NCBI GenBank assembly: GCA_046498225.1
Contig: JAWOBF010000051.1
Coordinates: 1 to 30,877, forward strand
Source: Candidatus Aegiribacteria sp.
GTDB lineage: Bacteria; Fermentibacterota; Fermentibacteria; Fermentibacterales; JCC-6
DNA: 30,877 nucleotides
Direction: 5' to 3'
How positions within the stretch are numbered: the first letter of the stretch is position 1; each line of letters starts with the position of its first letter. The notes under the pieces are model-generated. The model made no database searches and was not told the DNA's origin. It saw only the letters and a list, made by a program, of their open reading frames with translations. This document shows, piece after piece, positions 9,364-18,656 of the stretch. The translations under genes and the position numbers were made by a program.

Positions 9364-11834
9364 TTCTCGACTCTTCCCTTGATCGTGTGGGCTTCGACTC
9401 CGGTATGGCTGCTGTCGTCCGGTACCCTGAAATCGATCCTGCCGCCTTCCCGGACGGCAAGCACCGTATCCCCGGATGAGAACTCGCTTCTGAGAATGGC
9501 GTCGGTGAGGGGGTCCTCCAGAAGCCTTCTGATGGTCCTTCTGATATGGCGGGCTCCGGCCTCCGGATCGTATCCGGCTTCCGCTATGAGGGTTATCGCC
9601 TCGGGGGACAGCGCCAGCGATATGCCCAGCTCCGACAGTCTCTCCTCCACGTCATCCATCTGAAGCGATACTATCTTCTCCATGTCGGAAAACTCAAGAG
9701 GATTGAAGATGACTATCTCATCCAGCCGGTTCAGGAACTCGGGGTTGAACTGGCTCTTTACCGCGTCCATCACCAGCCCGTCTATCCTGTCGGACTCGGC
9801 TTCCCTGTCCTCCGCGGCAAAGCCCAGCCTTCCTCCGGAAAGCAGATCCCGGGATGCTATGTTGCTGGTCATTATCATGATGGTGTTGGTAAAATCTATC
9901 TCCCGGCCGTAGTTGTCAGTCATCCGGCCGTAGTCCATCACCTGCAGGAGCATGTTGTAGAGGTCGGTATGAGCCTTTTCGATCTCGTCCAGCAGAACCA
10001 CGGAGTATGGACGCCTCCGCACCTTCTCCGTCAGCTGTCCACCTTCATCGTAGCCGATGTATCCCGGGGGTGCGCCGATGAGCCTGGAACCAGCGAAGCT
10101 CTGCTGAAATTCGGACATGTCGATCCTTATGAGGGCGGACGGGTCCCCGAACACCAGTTCCGAAAGAATTCGGGCAGTCTCCGTTTTCCCCACTCCCGAG
10201 GGACCGAGGAACAGGAAGGTCCCGGCCGGCTTGTTCAGATCCCGAAGTCCCACCCGGCTCCTTCTTATGGCCCCGGTTATGCTTCTTATGGCCTCCTTCT
10301 GTCCAACTATCCTGGCCTCCAGCCGCTCCTCGAGGTCCAGAAGTCTGGCGGTCTCGCTCTTGCCCACCCTGCTCACGGGAATGCCGGTCATGTCGGATAC
10401 CACTTCGGCCACCTGCTCCTCGGAAACAGGGGTGACGTGAACGCTGGAAAGCCACGAGGTCCGCTCTTCGGACAGCCGCTCCTCCATTTCGTCTATCTGC
10501 TCCTTCAGGTCCAGTGTCCCCTGAAAATCCTCATCCCGTGAAGCTGCCTTCCTCTCATTCCTGAGCGCTGCCAGCCGGCTTATCATCTCCTTGATGTGGT
10601 CGGGAAGTGTGCAGTGGGTCACCCGGTTCTTGGCCCCCGCTTCGTCCATAACGTCTATCGCCTTGTCCGGTAGGAACCTGCCGCTTATGTATCTGGCAGC
10701 CAGCCTGGCGGAGGCCTGTACGGCCTCGTCTGTGTAGGTTGTCCCGTGATGCTCCTCGTACCTTTTTCTCAGACCCTCCAGGATATCTATGGTCTCGCTC
10801 ACACCGGGAGGGTCCACCGGTACCGGCTGAAAACGGCGCTCCAGCGCTCCGTCCTTCTCTATCCTCTTCCTGTACTCATCAAGGGTGGTAGCGCCTATGC
10901 ACTGCAGCTCCCCCCTGGCCAGGGCGGGTTTGAGGAGGTTGGCCGCGTCCATGGCCCCTTCGGCCGCGCCGGCTCCCACCAGAACATGGGCCTCGTCGAT
11001 GAACAGGACTATGTCGCCGGATTCCGCCACCTCTCCCAGGAGTTTCTTGAGCCTCTGTTCGAACTGCCCCCTGTACTTGGTCCCGGCGACTACGGCGGCC
11101 ATGTCCAGCGCCAGGATACGTTTGCCCGCCAGGGGCCCGGGAGTCTTGCCCTGGGCGATGAGGCCGGCAAGTCCTTCCACTATGGCCGTCTTGCCCACAC
11201 CGGGCTCGCCTATGAGTATGGGGTTGGATTTCTTCCTTCTGCAGAGCACCTGCATCACCCTGTTGATCTGCCTCTCCCTGCCTATGACAGGGTCCAGCTT
11301 GCCCTCGCGCGCCAGCCTGGTCAGGTCCCGGCAGAAATAATCGATTCCCGGAAGCTCCTGGCCGCTCTTCTGCTGCTCGGATGCGCCGGATTCTATATGG
11401 GGAGGAAGTTCCGCGGCCACTTCCTCGGCGGCCTTCAGGAAGACCCCCTTCTCCCTGAGGATGCTGGAGGCCTGGCAGTTGCCCACCGACAGAAGTCCCA
11501 GAAGCAGATGATGGGTCCCGGTCTCAGTGGCTCCGCTGCTGACCGCTCTTCGTATGGCCTCCCTGCGGACCAGACGGGCCTTTGTGGTCCAGCCTATCTC
11601 CTTGAGGGTTATCTCGTTGGCCACCGGCCTGCGCATCAGGTTCTCCAGCCTTGTCCTGAGGACGCCGATGCGTACTCCGAGTTCATGAAGGACTATCAGG
11701 GCGGCCGACCCCTTGACGGATATCAGGCCGTACAGGATATGCTCCGATGCAACCTTGCTGTGACCGGATCTCTCCGCCTCGTTGACGGATATCTCCAGGG
11801 CCGCTCGAGCTTTATCTGTCAGTTTCTCGGGCAC
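9360..11834 (-). CDS. clpC: ATP-dependent Clp protease ATPase subunit, ClpC-type
   Basis: Two Clp-N repeats, Walker A motifs GEPGVGKT and GPSGVGKT, short UVR-like middle domain, [12 protein letters not shown], ClpP-docking LGF loop. GTG start with GAGG RBS. Confidence 0.92.
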   Translation of the reverse strand: MPEKLTDKARAALEISVNEAERSGHSKVASEHILYGLISVKGSAALIVLHELGVRIGVLRTRLENLMRRPVANEITLKEIGWTTKARLVRREAIRRAVSSGATETGTHHLLLGLLSVGNCQASSILREKGVFLKAAEEVAAELPPHIESGASEQQKSGQELPGIDYFCRDLTRLAREGKLDPVIGRERQINRVMQVLCRRKKSNPILIGEPGVGKTAIVEGLAGLIAQGKTPGPLAGKRILALDMAAVVAGTKYRGQFEQRLKKLLGEVAESGDIVLFIDEAHVLVGAGAAEGAMDAANLLKPALARGELQCIGATTLDEYRKRIEKDGALERRFQPVPVDPPGVSETIDILEGLRKRYEEHHGTTYTDEAVQASARLAARYISGRFLPDKAIDVMDEAGAKNRVTHCTLPDHIKEMISRLAALRNERKAASRDEDFQGTLDLKEQIDEMEERLSEERTSWLSSVHVTPVSEEQVAEVVSDMTGIPVSRVGKSETARLLDLEERLEARIVGQKEAIRSITGAIRRSRVGLRDLNKPAGTFLFLGPSGVGKTETARILSELVFGDPSALIRIDMSEFQQSFAGSRLIGAPPGYIGYDEGGQLTEKVRRRPYSVVLLDEIEKAHTDLYNMLLQVMDYGRMTDNYGREIDFTNTIMIMTSNIASRDLLSGGRLGFAAEDREAESDRIDGLVMDAVKSQFNPEFLNRLDEIVIFNPLEFSDMEKIVSLQMDDVEERLSELGISLALSPEAITLIAEAGYDPEAGARHIRRTIRRLLEDPLTDAILRSEFSSGDTVLAVREGGRIDFRVPDDSSHTGVEAHTIKGRVEN

Positions 11835-11893
11835 GTTACCTCTTTTCCGCCGAAGGTTCTTCCTTTCGGCCTGTTTCTATTCGAAAAGAGTAC
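11835..11893 (-). promoter_or_regulatory. Structured clpC 5' UTR that can occlude the RBS
   Basis: mRNA CUCUUUUC (11890-11883) is complementary to GAAAAGAG (11847-11840), which overlaps the GAGG SD. Inner hairpin GCCGAAAGG/CCUUCGGC (11870-11849). Confidence 0.5.
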
Positions 11894-11905
11894 CTTTGTT
11901 CCTGA

Positions 11906-11934
11906 AAGATAATGCTGCAGGGAGAACTCTGCAA
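11906..11934 (-). promoter_or_regulatory. sigma70-type internal promoter upstream of clpC
   Basis: TTGCAG (11934-11929), 17 bp spacer, TATCTT (11911-11906), in the only sizeable gap of the operon. Confidence 0.55.
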
Positions 11935-11945
11935 TCATAACGGCG

Positions 11946-12626
11946 CTAGGAAAGGAGCATTCCATCCTTCAGGACCAGGCCCCTGTGGGCCCTTGCAGCC
12001 AGCTCCATGCTGTGGGTCGCTATGACGAAAGCCTGGTTCCTCCTCTCGGCCAGCCGCAGGATCAGCTCTTCGACCTTTCTGCTGCTCGCCGAGTCCAGGT
12101 TGCCGGTAGGCTCATCTGCCAGAACCACGGAGGGGGAAAGTATCAGTGCCCTGGCAACCGCCGCCCGCTGTCTCTCTCCTCCCGAGGCTTCCGAGGGAAA
12201 ATGCTCTCCCCTTCCTGTAAGACCAACCTCTTCAAGAAGACCCGCAGCGGCTTTCAGCGATTCTCCTCTAGATTTCCCGGCCAGCATGGAGGGCATGGCA
12301 ACGTTCTCCAGCAGGGTGAACTCGTCCAGCAGGTGATGGAACTGGAATACGAAACCGAGTTCGCTGTTCCGGATGGCCGCCCTCCTCGTTTCGTTGACCG
12401 ACCAGGCGTCAACCCCTCCCACGGTTACCGTGCCCCTGTCCGGAGGGTCCAGTATTCCACAGACATGGAGGAAAGTGCTCTTCCCGGAACCGCTGGGGCC
12501 CGCGATGGAGACCACCTCACCCGGGAATATCCGAATGCATGCTCCCCTGAGAATGGAAAGCCTGTCGGCGCCGTTTCCGTACGACTTCCAGATATCGGCC
12601 GCGGAGAGTACGGGAGTACTACTCAT
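11946..12626 (-). CDS. lolD: Lipoprotein-releasing ABC transporter ATPase
   Basis: Start MSSTPVLS at 12626 overlaps the lolC/E stop. GPSGSGKST, LGFVFQFHHLL (LolD motif), SGGERQR, LADEPTGNLD. Confidence 0.93.
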   Translation of the reverse strand: MSSTPVLSAADIWKSYGNGADRLSILRGACIRIFPGEVVSIAGPSGSGKSTFLHVCGILDPPDRGTVTVGGVDAWSVNETRRAAIRNSELGFVFQFHHLLDEFTLLENVAMPSMLAGKSRGESLKAAAGLLEEVGLTGRGEHFPSEASGGERQRAAVARALILSPSVVLADEPTGNLDSASSRKVEELILRLAERRNQAFVIATHSMELAARAHRGLVLKDGMLLS

Positions 12627-13869
12627 ACCGCACCGCCGTTGAGGGGGATATGCTGACGACTCGCAGGGCCGGAAAGAGGGATGCTGCAAAACACGCGAGA
12701 ATGGTGACGAGGGTTATGCCCAGTATGAGGACGGGTTCCAGCCTGCCGGGCAGCGTATCAACCCAGTAGATGCTGCTCTCCAGCCTTATGGGGAAGTACC
12801 TGTTGATGGCCGCTACGGCCAGAACGGCGAAGCCGCTCCCCGCCAGGGCGCCTCCCGCTCCCAGCATCCCTCCCTGAATCAGACCGGTGGTTACTATCAT
12901 TCCCGGAGTCGCTCCCATGGAGCGCAGCACGCCCATGTCCCTGCGGTGTTCTATGGCTATCATCGTCAGAGCGCTGAGAAGGTTCAGAAGGGCTACCACT
13001 CCTATAAGGGCGAGCACTATCGTCATTCCCAGCTTTTCAAGCCCCAGAGCCGCGAACAGGTTGCTGTGGGAGGAAATGAAAGCATCGCAGACCATGTACT
13101 CCATTCTTCCGGATATGTAGGATTCACGCATGGTGGCTGTTATGGCTTCCGCCTCCTCCACAGGGTCTTTCCCTTCCTCGATACCGACGCTGAGCGTAGT
13201 GGCTGCCACCGGACCGCTGAACATTCCCGAAGCGGTGGCGAGGTCGGTGATCAGGATGGATGAATTGTACTCCTCAATTCCGAAATCGGCCACTCCGCTG
13301 ACCCGGACCGAGATTATGGTATCAACCAGCAGCCGGCCCATGGAGGAAAACTGGGTGACGTCCGTGGACGCAAGCCTCACGGAATCCCCGGCAGACACCT
13401 TAAGGCGCTCCGCCAGCGAGGTCCCCATCACAGCGCCCCTCCCCTCGACCTGAAAGGCGTTCAGCCTGCCGCTCATCACCAGGCCGGGCTCCAGCTCCCA
13501 GTCCACGCCGCGCATTCTCACTCCCGCCACCTCACCGCTGTTCCCCGCTATGACCACCGTTTTCTCCAGCACCGGCGAGATACCGGTTATTCCGGGCCAT
13601 TCATCCATGATATCCCGGGCATCCGCTATCTCTTCCGGGCCGAAGCTGTAGCCCCCGGGAATACGGACTTCCATGGGTGGGTTTATGGAGGAGAGATTGC
13701 TGAGGATGTTCTCCGAGAATCCATCCATGAAGGAATTGATGATGATGAGGGCCGCGACACCGATGGCGATACCGGCTATGGAAAGAAAGGAGACGGTTCT
13801 CACGAATCCGGAGTTGGAGCTGCTGAGGATCTGCCGCAGGGCAATCCGGGCGGCCAGGCGGATCCTCAC
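12619..13869 (-). CDS. Lipoprotein-releasing ABC transporter permease LolC/E (MacB/FtsX fold)
   Basis: SIAGIAIGVAALIIINSFMDGF first TM, periplasmic domain, RRDMGVLRSMGAT, SLFPALR...AVRYE. Adjacent to lolD. Confidence 0.9.
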   Translation of the reverse strand: MRIRLAARIALRQILSSSNSGFVRTVSFLSIAGIAIGVAALIIINSFMDGFSENILSNLSSINPPMEVRIPGGYSFGPEEIADARDIMDEWPGITGISPVLEKTVVIAGNSGEVAGVRMRGVDWELEPGLVMSGRLNAFQVEGRGAVMGTSLAERLKVSAGDSVRLASTDVTQFSSMGRLLVDTIISVRVSGVADFGIEEYNSSILITDLATASGMFSGPVAATTLSVGIEEGKDPVEEAEAITATMRESYISGRMEYMVCDAFISSHSNLFAALGLEKLGMTIVLALIGVVALLNLLSALTMIAIEHRRDMGVLRSMGATPGMIVTTGLIQGGMLGAGGALAGSGFAVLAVAAINRYFPIRLESSIYWVDTLPGRLEPVLILGITLVTILACFAASLFPALRVVSISPSTAVRYE

Positions 13870-15329
13870 TTATCGGCCCGCCTCAGGTGGGGAAACAGAA
13901 TGGTATCCCTTATCCTGCCGGTATCGGTAAGGGCCATGACCAGCCGGTCCACGCCGATCCCCATTCCTCCGGTGGGAGGCATCCCCACTTCCAGGGCGTA
14001 GAGGAAGTCCTCGTCCAGCGTGCCCTCCCTGTGCCTGCTCTCCATGGCCTGCTCCTTCAGTATCTCCCTCTGAAGGGCCGGGTTGTTCTGCTCGCTGAAA
14101 GCGTTGGCAAGCTCAAGCCCCCCTATGAAGGCCTCGAACCTCTCGGTGACCGAGTTGTCTTCCCGCTTCCTCTTCGCCAGGGGGGAGAGTTCCACCGGGT
14201 AGTCCACTACGAAGGTGGGCTGAACCGTCCGGTGCGCCACGTAATGATCGAAAAGCTTGTCCAGCATGGTCATGCGATCTTCCGCCTCGCTTATTATGCC
14301 CTTTTCCTCCAGCAGGGCTTTCAGCTCTTCAGCCTCCCATGAGAACAGGTCCTCTCCGCTGGCCTCTTTCAGGGAATCCATGAAACCTATCCTCTCGAAG
14401 GGAGGGGAGAGGTCTATGGCCGTTCCCCCGAACATGATCCGGGTGCCAACTCCGGCTGCCTCGGCGCAGCCCGCTACGATCTCCTCGAACATCCTCATCA
14501 TTCCCCTGTAGTCGGAGTACGCCTCGTACAGCTCCAGCTGTGTAAACTCCGGGCTGTGAGTCCTGTCCACCCCCTCGTTCCTGAAGTCCTTGCCTATCTC
14601 GTAAACCTTCTCCATGCCTCCCGCCACCAGCCGCTTCAGGTAGAGTTCGGTGGCGATACGAAGGTAGAACCTGCGGTCCATGCTTCCGTACATGGTCTCG
14701 AACGGTTCCGCCGCCGCACCCCCGTAGATAGGCTGCAGGACGGGCGTTTCCACCTCGAGGAACCCCCTGGAATCAAGGTATGACCTCATGGAGGCTATCA
14801 TCCCGGTCCTTCTTCGGAACCGCTGCAGGGAATCGGGGTTTATCTGAAGGTCCACGCACCGGTGACGGTAGAGGAAGTCCCTGTCGGTGACCTCGTCGTG
14901 GGCTACCCCCTCCGCGTCCACCTTTACCACCGGAAGCGGCCGCAGACTCTTGCATAGAAGCCTGAGTTCCGCGCACCTGACCGTAAGCTCCCCTGTTCTG
15001 GTGGTGAAGACCGGTCCGGTGACCTGAATTATGTCCCCCAGGTCCAGGAGTTCCAGAAGGGACCATTCCAGAGGGGTGAGAACCTTTTTCCCGAGGTAGA
15101 GCTGAATACTGCCGGATGTGTCCTTCAGGTCAGCGAAAACCGTCCTGCCATGTTCTCTCCTGGCCGTAAGCCTGCCGGAAAGGGTGACCTCCTCCTCGGT
15201 CTCCCCCGTTTCCCTTACCCGCGCCACTGCCACGGCTGTGTCGCACCCGGCCGGGTAGGGGTCTATTCCCAGCTCGATGATCTTCTCAAGTTTCTCTTCC
15301 CTGACTGATCTCTGCTCGTTCACCATCAT
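13866..15329 (-). CDS. lysS: Lysine--tRNA ligase (class II)
   Basis: OB-fold anticodon domain, FLEVETPVLQ, YLRIATELYLKRL, FRNEG, HSPEFT, GMPPTGGMGIGVDRL. Confidence 0.97.
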   Translation of the reverse strand: MMVNEQRSVREEKLEKIIELGIDPYPAGCDTAVAVARVRETGETEEEVTLSGRLTARREHGRTVFADLKDTSGSIQLYLGKKVLTPLEWSLLELLDLGDIIQVTGPVFTTRTGELTVRCAELRLLCKSLRPLPVVKVDAEGVAHDEVTDRDFLYRHRCVDLQINPDSLQRFRRRTGMIASMRSYLDSRGFLEVETPVLQPIYGGAAAEPFETMYGSMDRRFYLRIATELYLKRLVAGGMEKVYEIGKDFRNEGVDRTHSPEFTQLELYEAYSDYRGMMRMFEEIVAGCAEAAGVGTRIMFGGTAIDLSPPFERIGFMDSLKEASGEDLFSWEAEELKALLEEKGIISEAEDRMTMLDKLFDHYVAHRTVQPTFVVDYPVELSPLAKRKREDNSVTERFEAFIGGLELANAFSEQNNPALQREILKEQAMESRHREGTLDEDFLYALEVGMPPTGGMGIGVDRLVMALTDTGRIRDTILFPHLRRADK

Positions 15330-16430
15330 TCACTGCTCTTTCTGAGATACTCCTCGATGAATTCCTGGATCTCCCCGGACAGAATATCGTCTATGTTCGA
15401 GGACTCCCTGCCTGTGCGGTGGTCCTTCACCATCTGGTAGGGGTGCATCACGTACGACCTTATCTGGTTGCCCCAGGAAACGTCCTTCTTTGTCTTCTCC
15501 AGTTTGGACTTCTCCTCGCGGCGCTTCTCCTGCTCCAGCTCGTACAGCCTTGCCTTCAGTATCCTCCTGGCCACCTCCCTGTTCCTGTGCTGGGAACGCT
15601 GGTTCTGGCTGGTCACCGCTATTCCCGTGGGCAGGTGGGTCATCCTCACAGCGGAGGATGTCTTGTTGACGTGCTGTCCCCCCGCCCCGCTGGCCCTGAA
15701 GGTATCTACCCTGATTTCCTCCTCGTTGAGTTCGATCTCTATGTCTTCCTCGATGTCCGGCAGCGGGAATACCGAGGCGAAACTCGTATGGCGCCTATGG
15801 TTCTGGTCGAAGGGGGATTTTCTCACCAGCCGGTGTATTCCGCCCTCGGCCCGAAGGTATCCGTACGCCCAGGGGCCCTTTATGGACATCACCGCCTCGC
15901 GGATGCCGCCCTCGATGCCTCCCTCGCTGACGCTGAGCACCTCCACCTGGAATTCCTGTTTCTCAGCCCAGTGGATGTACATCTTCATCAGCATCTCCGC
16001 CCAGTCCTGGCTGTCCTGTCCCCCCGCCCCGGAGCGGATGGTGAGAATGGCGTCGTTCCTGTCGTGTTTGCCTGAGAGCATCTGCATGAATTCAAGCCGG
16101 TCCATCTTCTTCTCGATGGATTCTATGGAAGAGGCGCTCTCCTTCAGGAGCCCCGGGTCGGGGCCGGCTTCGAGGAGTTCCATGGCTATTCCGACGTTGT
16201 CCAGCCTGTCCTGTATGTCCCGGATTGGCTCCAGCCAGGCCTGTATGCTGTTGTTCTCCTCGATTACTCCCATGGCGGTCTCCCTGCTGTCCCAGAAACC
16301 GGGTTCCGCCATCCTGCCGTTCAGTTCCTTCTGCCGCCGGACCAGTTCCTGGAAGTCAAAGACCCTCCTTGAGTCTGGCCAGTCTCTCCGACAGCTTCAC
16401 ATATTCGTTCCTGATCTCTTCTAGGTTCAA
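15326..16430 (-). CDS. prfB: Peptide chain release factor 2, expressed through a +1 frameshift (about 367 aa)
   Basis: TTG at 16430 gives MNLEEIRNEYVKLSERLARLKEGL ending at CTT TGA C. The +1 frame continues DFQELVRRQKELNGR into the 328-aa ORF, which carries SPF and GGQ motifs. Confidence 0.95.
16355..16370 (-). promoter_or_regulatory. prfB programmed +1 ribosomal frameshift site
   Basis: Minus strand AAGGAGG-GT-CTT-TGA-C: internal SD, slippery CUU-U and weak UGA-C stop. Confidence 0.95.
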
Positions 16431-16508
16431 TTTATCATACCTTTCGAATGTGGCCCTGGTATCATCCTGTCACGGGAATATAAGAGGTTTTCAGGCGAAT
16501 CCCTAAGG

Positions 16509-16537
16509 TTGACCGCAACCTGCCGGCGGATTATTCT
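16509..16537 (+). promoter_or_regulatory. sigma70-type promoter for the antiporter operon
   Basis: TTGACC (16509-16514), 17 bp spacer, TATTCT (16532-16537), then AGGAGG RBS before ATG 16560. Confidence 0.65.
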
Positions 16538-16559
16538 GGAGCCCTGTTCAGGAGGTCAT

Positions 16560-17792
16560 ATGACAGAGGATCTATACCTGTATCTCATTCAGCTTCGCGA
16601 TGTTTTCAGCCGGCACCTGGTGTTCGGACTGGGGATCCTGCTCATGGGAAGTTTTTTCATGGGCAGGCTGGCGGAGAGGCTCAAGCTGCCCGCCATAACC
16701 GGGTTCATTCTGGCCGGGCTTCTCCTGGGCCCTTCCATGGCGGGTCTGGTCCACCGTGACCTGGACGCCACACTGGCCTCCATTACGGAAATAGCCCTGG
16801 CCATCATAGCGCTGGTGATAGGCAGCGAGTTCAGTCTGAAAAAGCTCAGGTCCATCGGAAAGCCGGTTGTGGTCATCACCCTCTTCCAGCTCTTCACCTC
16901 CTTCGCCCTGGTGACTGCGGGGCTGGTGCTGGCGGGCATGGCACTGGAGTTCGCCGCTATTCTGGGAGCCATCGCGTCCGCCACCGCTCCGGCGGCCACT
17001 GTGGCGATAATACGCGATCTCAAGGCCAGGGGGCCCTTCGTCGACCACCTGTACGGAGTGGTGGCCATGGATGACGCGGGCTGCATTCTTCTGTTCGCTT
17101 CCGTCACGGCCATGGTCTCAAATTCCCTGGGAATGGCCACCGGTATGCTGGCGTCCATATTCCACGCTGTCGTTGAAATAGTTGTTTCTATTCTACTCGG
17201 GGTCATCGCCGGATGGGTGCTGCACCTTCTCACCAGAAAGAGGGCCAGGACAAACGAGGTGTTCATAGTATCCCTTGCGGTCGTGCTGGTGCTTTCGGCT
17301 ATCTGCAGCGTATTCCATCTGAGCGCCCTCCTGTCCAGCATGGCGGCCGGGGCGGCCATGGCGAACCTCTCCCGCAGGGCTCACAGGATCATTTCTTCGC
17401 TGGACCCCATTTCTCCTCCGCTCTACGCCGCCTTCTTCGCCATAGCCGGCACGGAGCTCAACCTGGGAGTGCTCACGTCACCTGCGATCCTGCTCATGGG
17501 CGGTGTATTCGTCATAGCGCGGGGACTGGGCAAACTGGCCGGAGTACACTTCGGCGCGATTGTGGCCGGTTCGAGCCCCCTCATAAGGAAGTACCTGGGT
17601 TTCGGAATGCTTCCTCAGGCCGGAGTGGCGATAGGCCTGGTGCTGTTCCTGGATACCATCCCCTACTTCGCCATGAACCGGGCGGTAACCTCGACACTGA
17701 TAAACATCGTTCTATTTTCCGTTCTGTTCAACGAGCTTGTCGGACCTCCGCTTTCTAGATATTCTGTGATAAAGGGAGCAAACCTGGAGTAA
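16560..17792 (+). CDS. Cation:proton antiporter (CPA2-type Na+/K+:H+ exchanger)
   Basis: Many TM segments. KLPAITGFILAGLLLGPS, SATAPAAT, VAMDDA and PQAGVAIGL motifs. ATG 16560 with AGGAGG. Confidence 0.88.
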   Translation: MTEDLYLYLIQLRDVFSRHLVFGLGILLMGSFFMGRLAERLKLPAITGFILAGLLLGPSMAGLVHRDLDATLASITEIALAIIALVIGSEFSLKKLRSIGKPVVVITLFQLFTSFALVTAGLVLAGMALEFAAILGAIASATAPAATVAIIRDLKARGPFVDHLYGVVAMDDAGCILLFASVTAMVSNSLGMATGMLASIFHAVVEIVVSILLGVIAGWVLHLLTRKRARTNEVFIVSLAVVLVLSAICSVFHLSALLSSMAAGAAMANLSRRAHRIISSLDPISPPLYAAFFAIAGTELNLGVLTSPAILLMGGVFVIARGLGKLAGVHFGAIVAGSSPLIRKYLGFGMLPQAGVAIGLVLFLDTIPYFAMNRAVTSTLINIVLFSVLFNELVGPPLSRYSVIKGANLE

Positions 17793-17794
17793 AT

Positions 17795-18625
17795 ATGGAC
17801 ATTTCCAAATATCTCGCGCCGGAATCATGTACGGTTAACCTCGAGGGCAGGAACAAGGAAGAGGTCATCAGCAGTCTGGCGGAGCTGCTTGTCAGCTCAC
17901 CGTCGGTAACCGGGACCGATGCCGAAAGCATTGCCGGGGGTCTGTTGGAGAGGGAATCCATGGGGTCCACCGGTTTCGGAAAGGGTATAGCCATACCCCA
18001 CTGCAAGGTCGAGGGGATGAAGCAGTTCGCCCTGGCCCTGGGCATCTCCTCCAGAGGGGTGGACTTCAAGGCTATGGACGGCAGGAGCGTTCACGTGTTC
18101 TGCGCCATAGTGGGACCTCCTGAGGACCCGGAGATGCACCTCAGGCTGCTGGCCGCCGCCAGCAGGGTCCTGGGCACCGGGAACTCCCGTTACGAGATGC
18201 TGAGCAGTTCCACCTCCTACGCCCTGAGGGAAGCTTTTCTGTACCACGCCTCGCCTGCGTCGGCACTGGATTCGTGCGGGGACAGGGCCTGCAACAGGCT
18301 TATGATGGTGGTGGTGCAGGAGGATGAGGTCTACAACGACATCATTGAGCTGTTTCTGGAGATGGGGCTTCCGGGAGCCGTGACCCACGAGGGGAATCTC
18401 ATGGGGCAGGTACTCTCCAGCGCTCCCGTATTCGCCGGATTCCTGGACGTTCTGGGAACTTCCCAGCCTGAGCCCAGGACCATCATGGCCCTGGTCCCGG
18501 AGGACATCCTGGACGACATGATATCATCGATCGAGCAGATAACCGGTGATCTGGACAATCACCGGGGAGCCTGCATTATAGTACTGTCACCGGATATGGT
18601 CAGAGGATCGCTGGAGACTATCTGA
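17795..18625 (+). CDS. PTS EIIA (Fru/Ntr-type) domain fused to a C-terminal PII-like domain
   Basis: ERESMGSTGFGKGIAIPHC (phospho-His motif), GVDF, HLRLLA. The last ~110 aa (RLMMVVVQ...LPGAVTHEGNLMG...RTIMALVPE...ITGDLD...CIIVLSPDMVRG) follow a PII-like beta/alpha pattern (inference). Confidence 0.8.
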   Translation: MDISKYLAPESCTVNLEGRNKEEVISSLAELLVSSPSVTGTDAESIAGGLLERESMGSTGFGKGIAIPHCKVEGMKQFALALGISSRGVDFKAMDGRSVHVFCAIVGPPEDPEMHLRLLAAASRVLGTGNSRYEMLSSSTSYALREAFLYHASPASALDSCGDRACNRLMMVVVQEDEVYNDIIELFLEMGLPGAVTHEGNLMGQVLSSAPVFAGFLDVLGTSQPEPRTIMALVPEDILDDMISSIEQITGDLDNHRGACIIVLSPDMVRGSLETI

Positions 18626-18656
18626 CAGGAAGAATAACAGAGCAAGGAGTATCAGA

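Noticed and set aside
11877..11904. GGAAC...GAATA as an alternative-sigma promoter in the clpC leader
   Set aside because: The motif is too short and the ECF consensus is unknown, so it cannot be supported from one instance. No CIRCE or CtsR box is seen either.
4208..12689. ORF-track N-terminal extensions of lpxA (4288), lpxD (6647), skp (7080) and lolD (12689)
   Set aside because: They overlap upstream genes or lack an RBS. Downstream starts match family N-termini and coupling overlaps.
16312..16430. prfB as a frameshifted pseudogene or sequencing error
   Set aside because: The break is exactly the conserved SD-CTT-TGA-C autoregulatory site.
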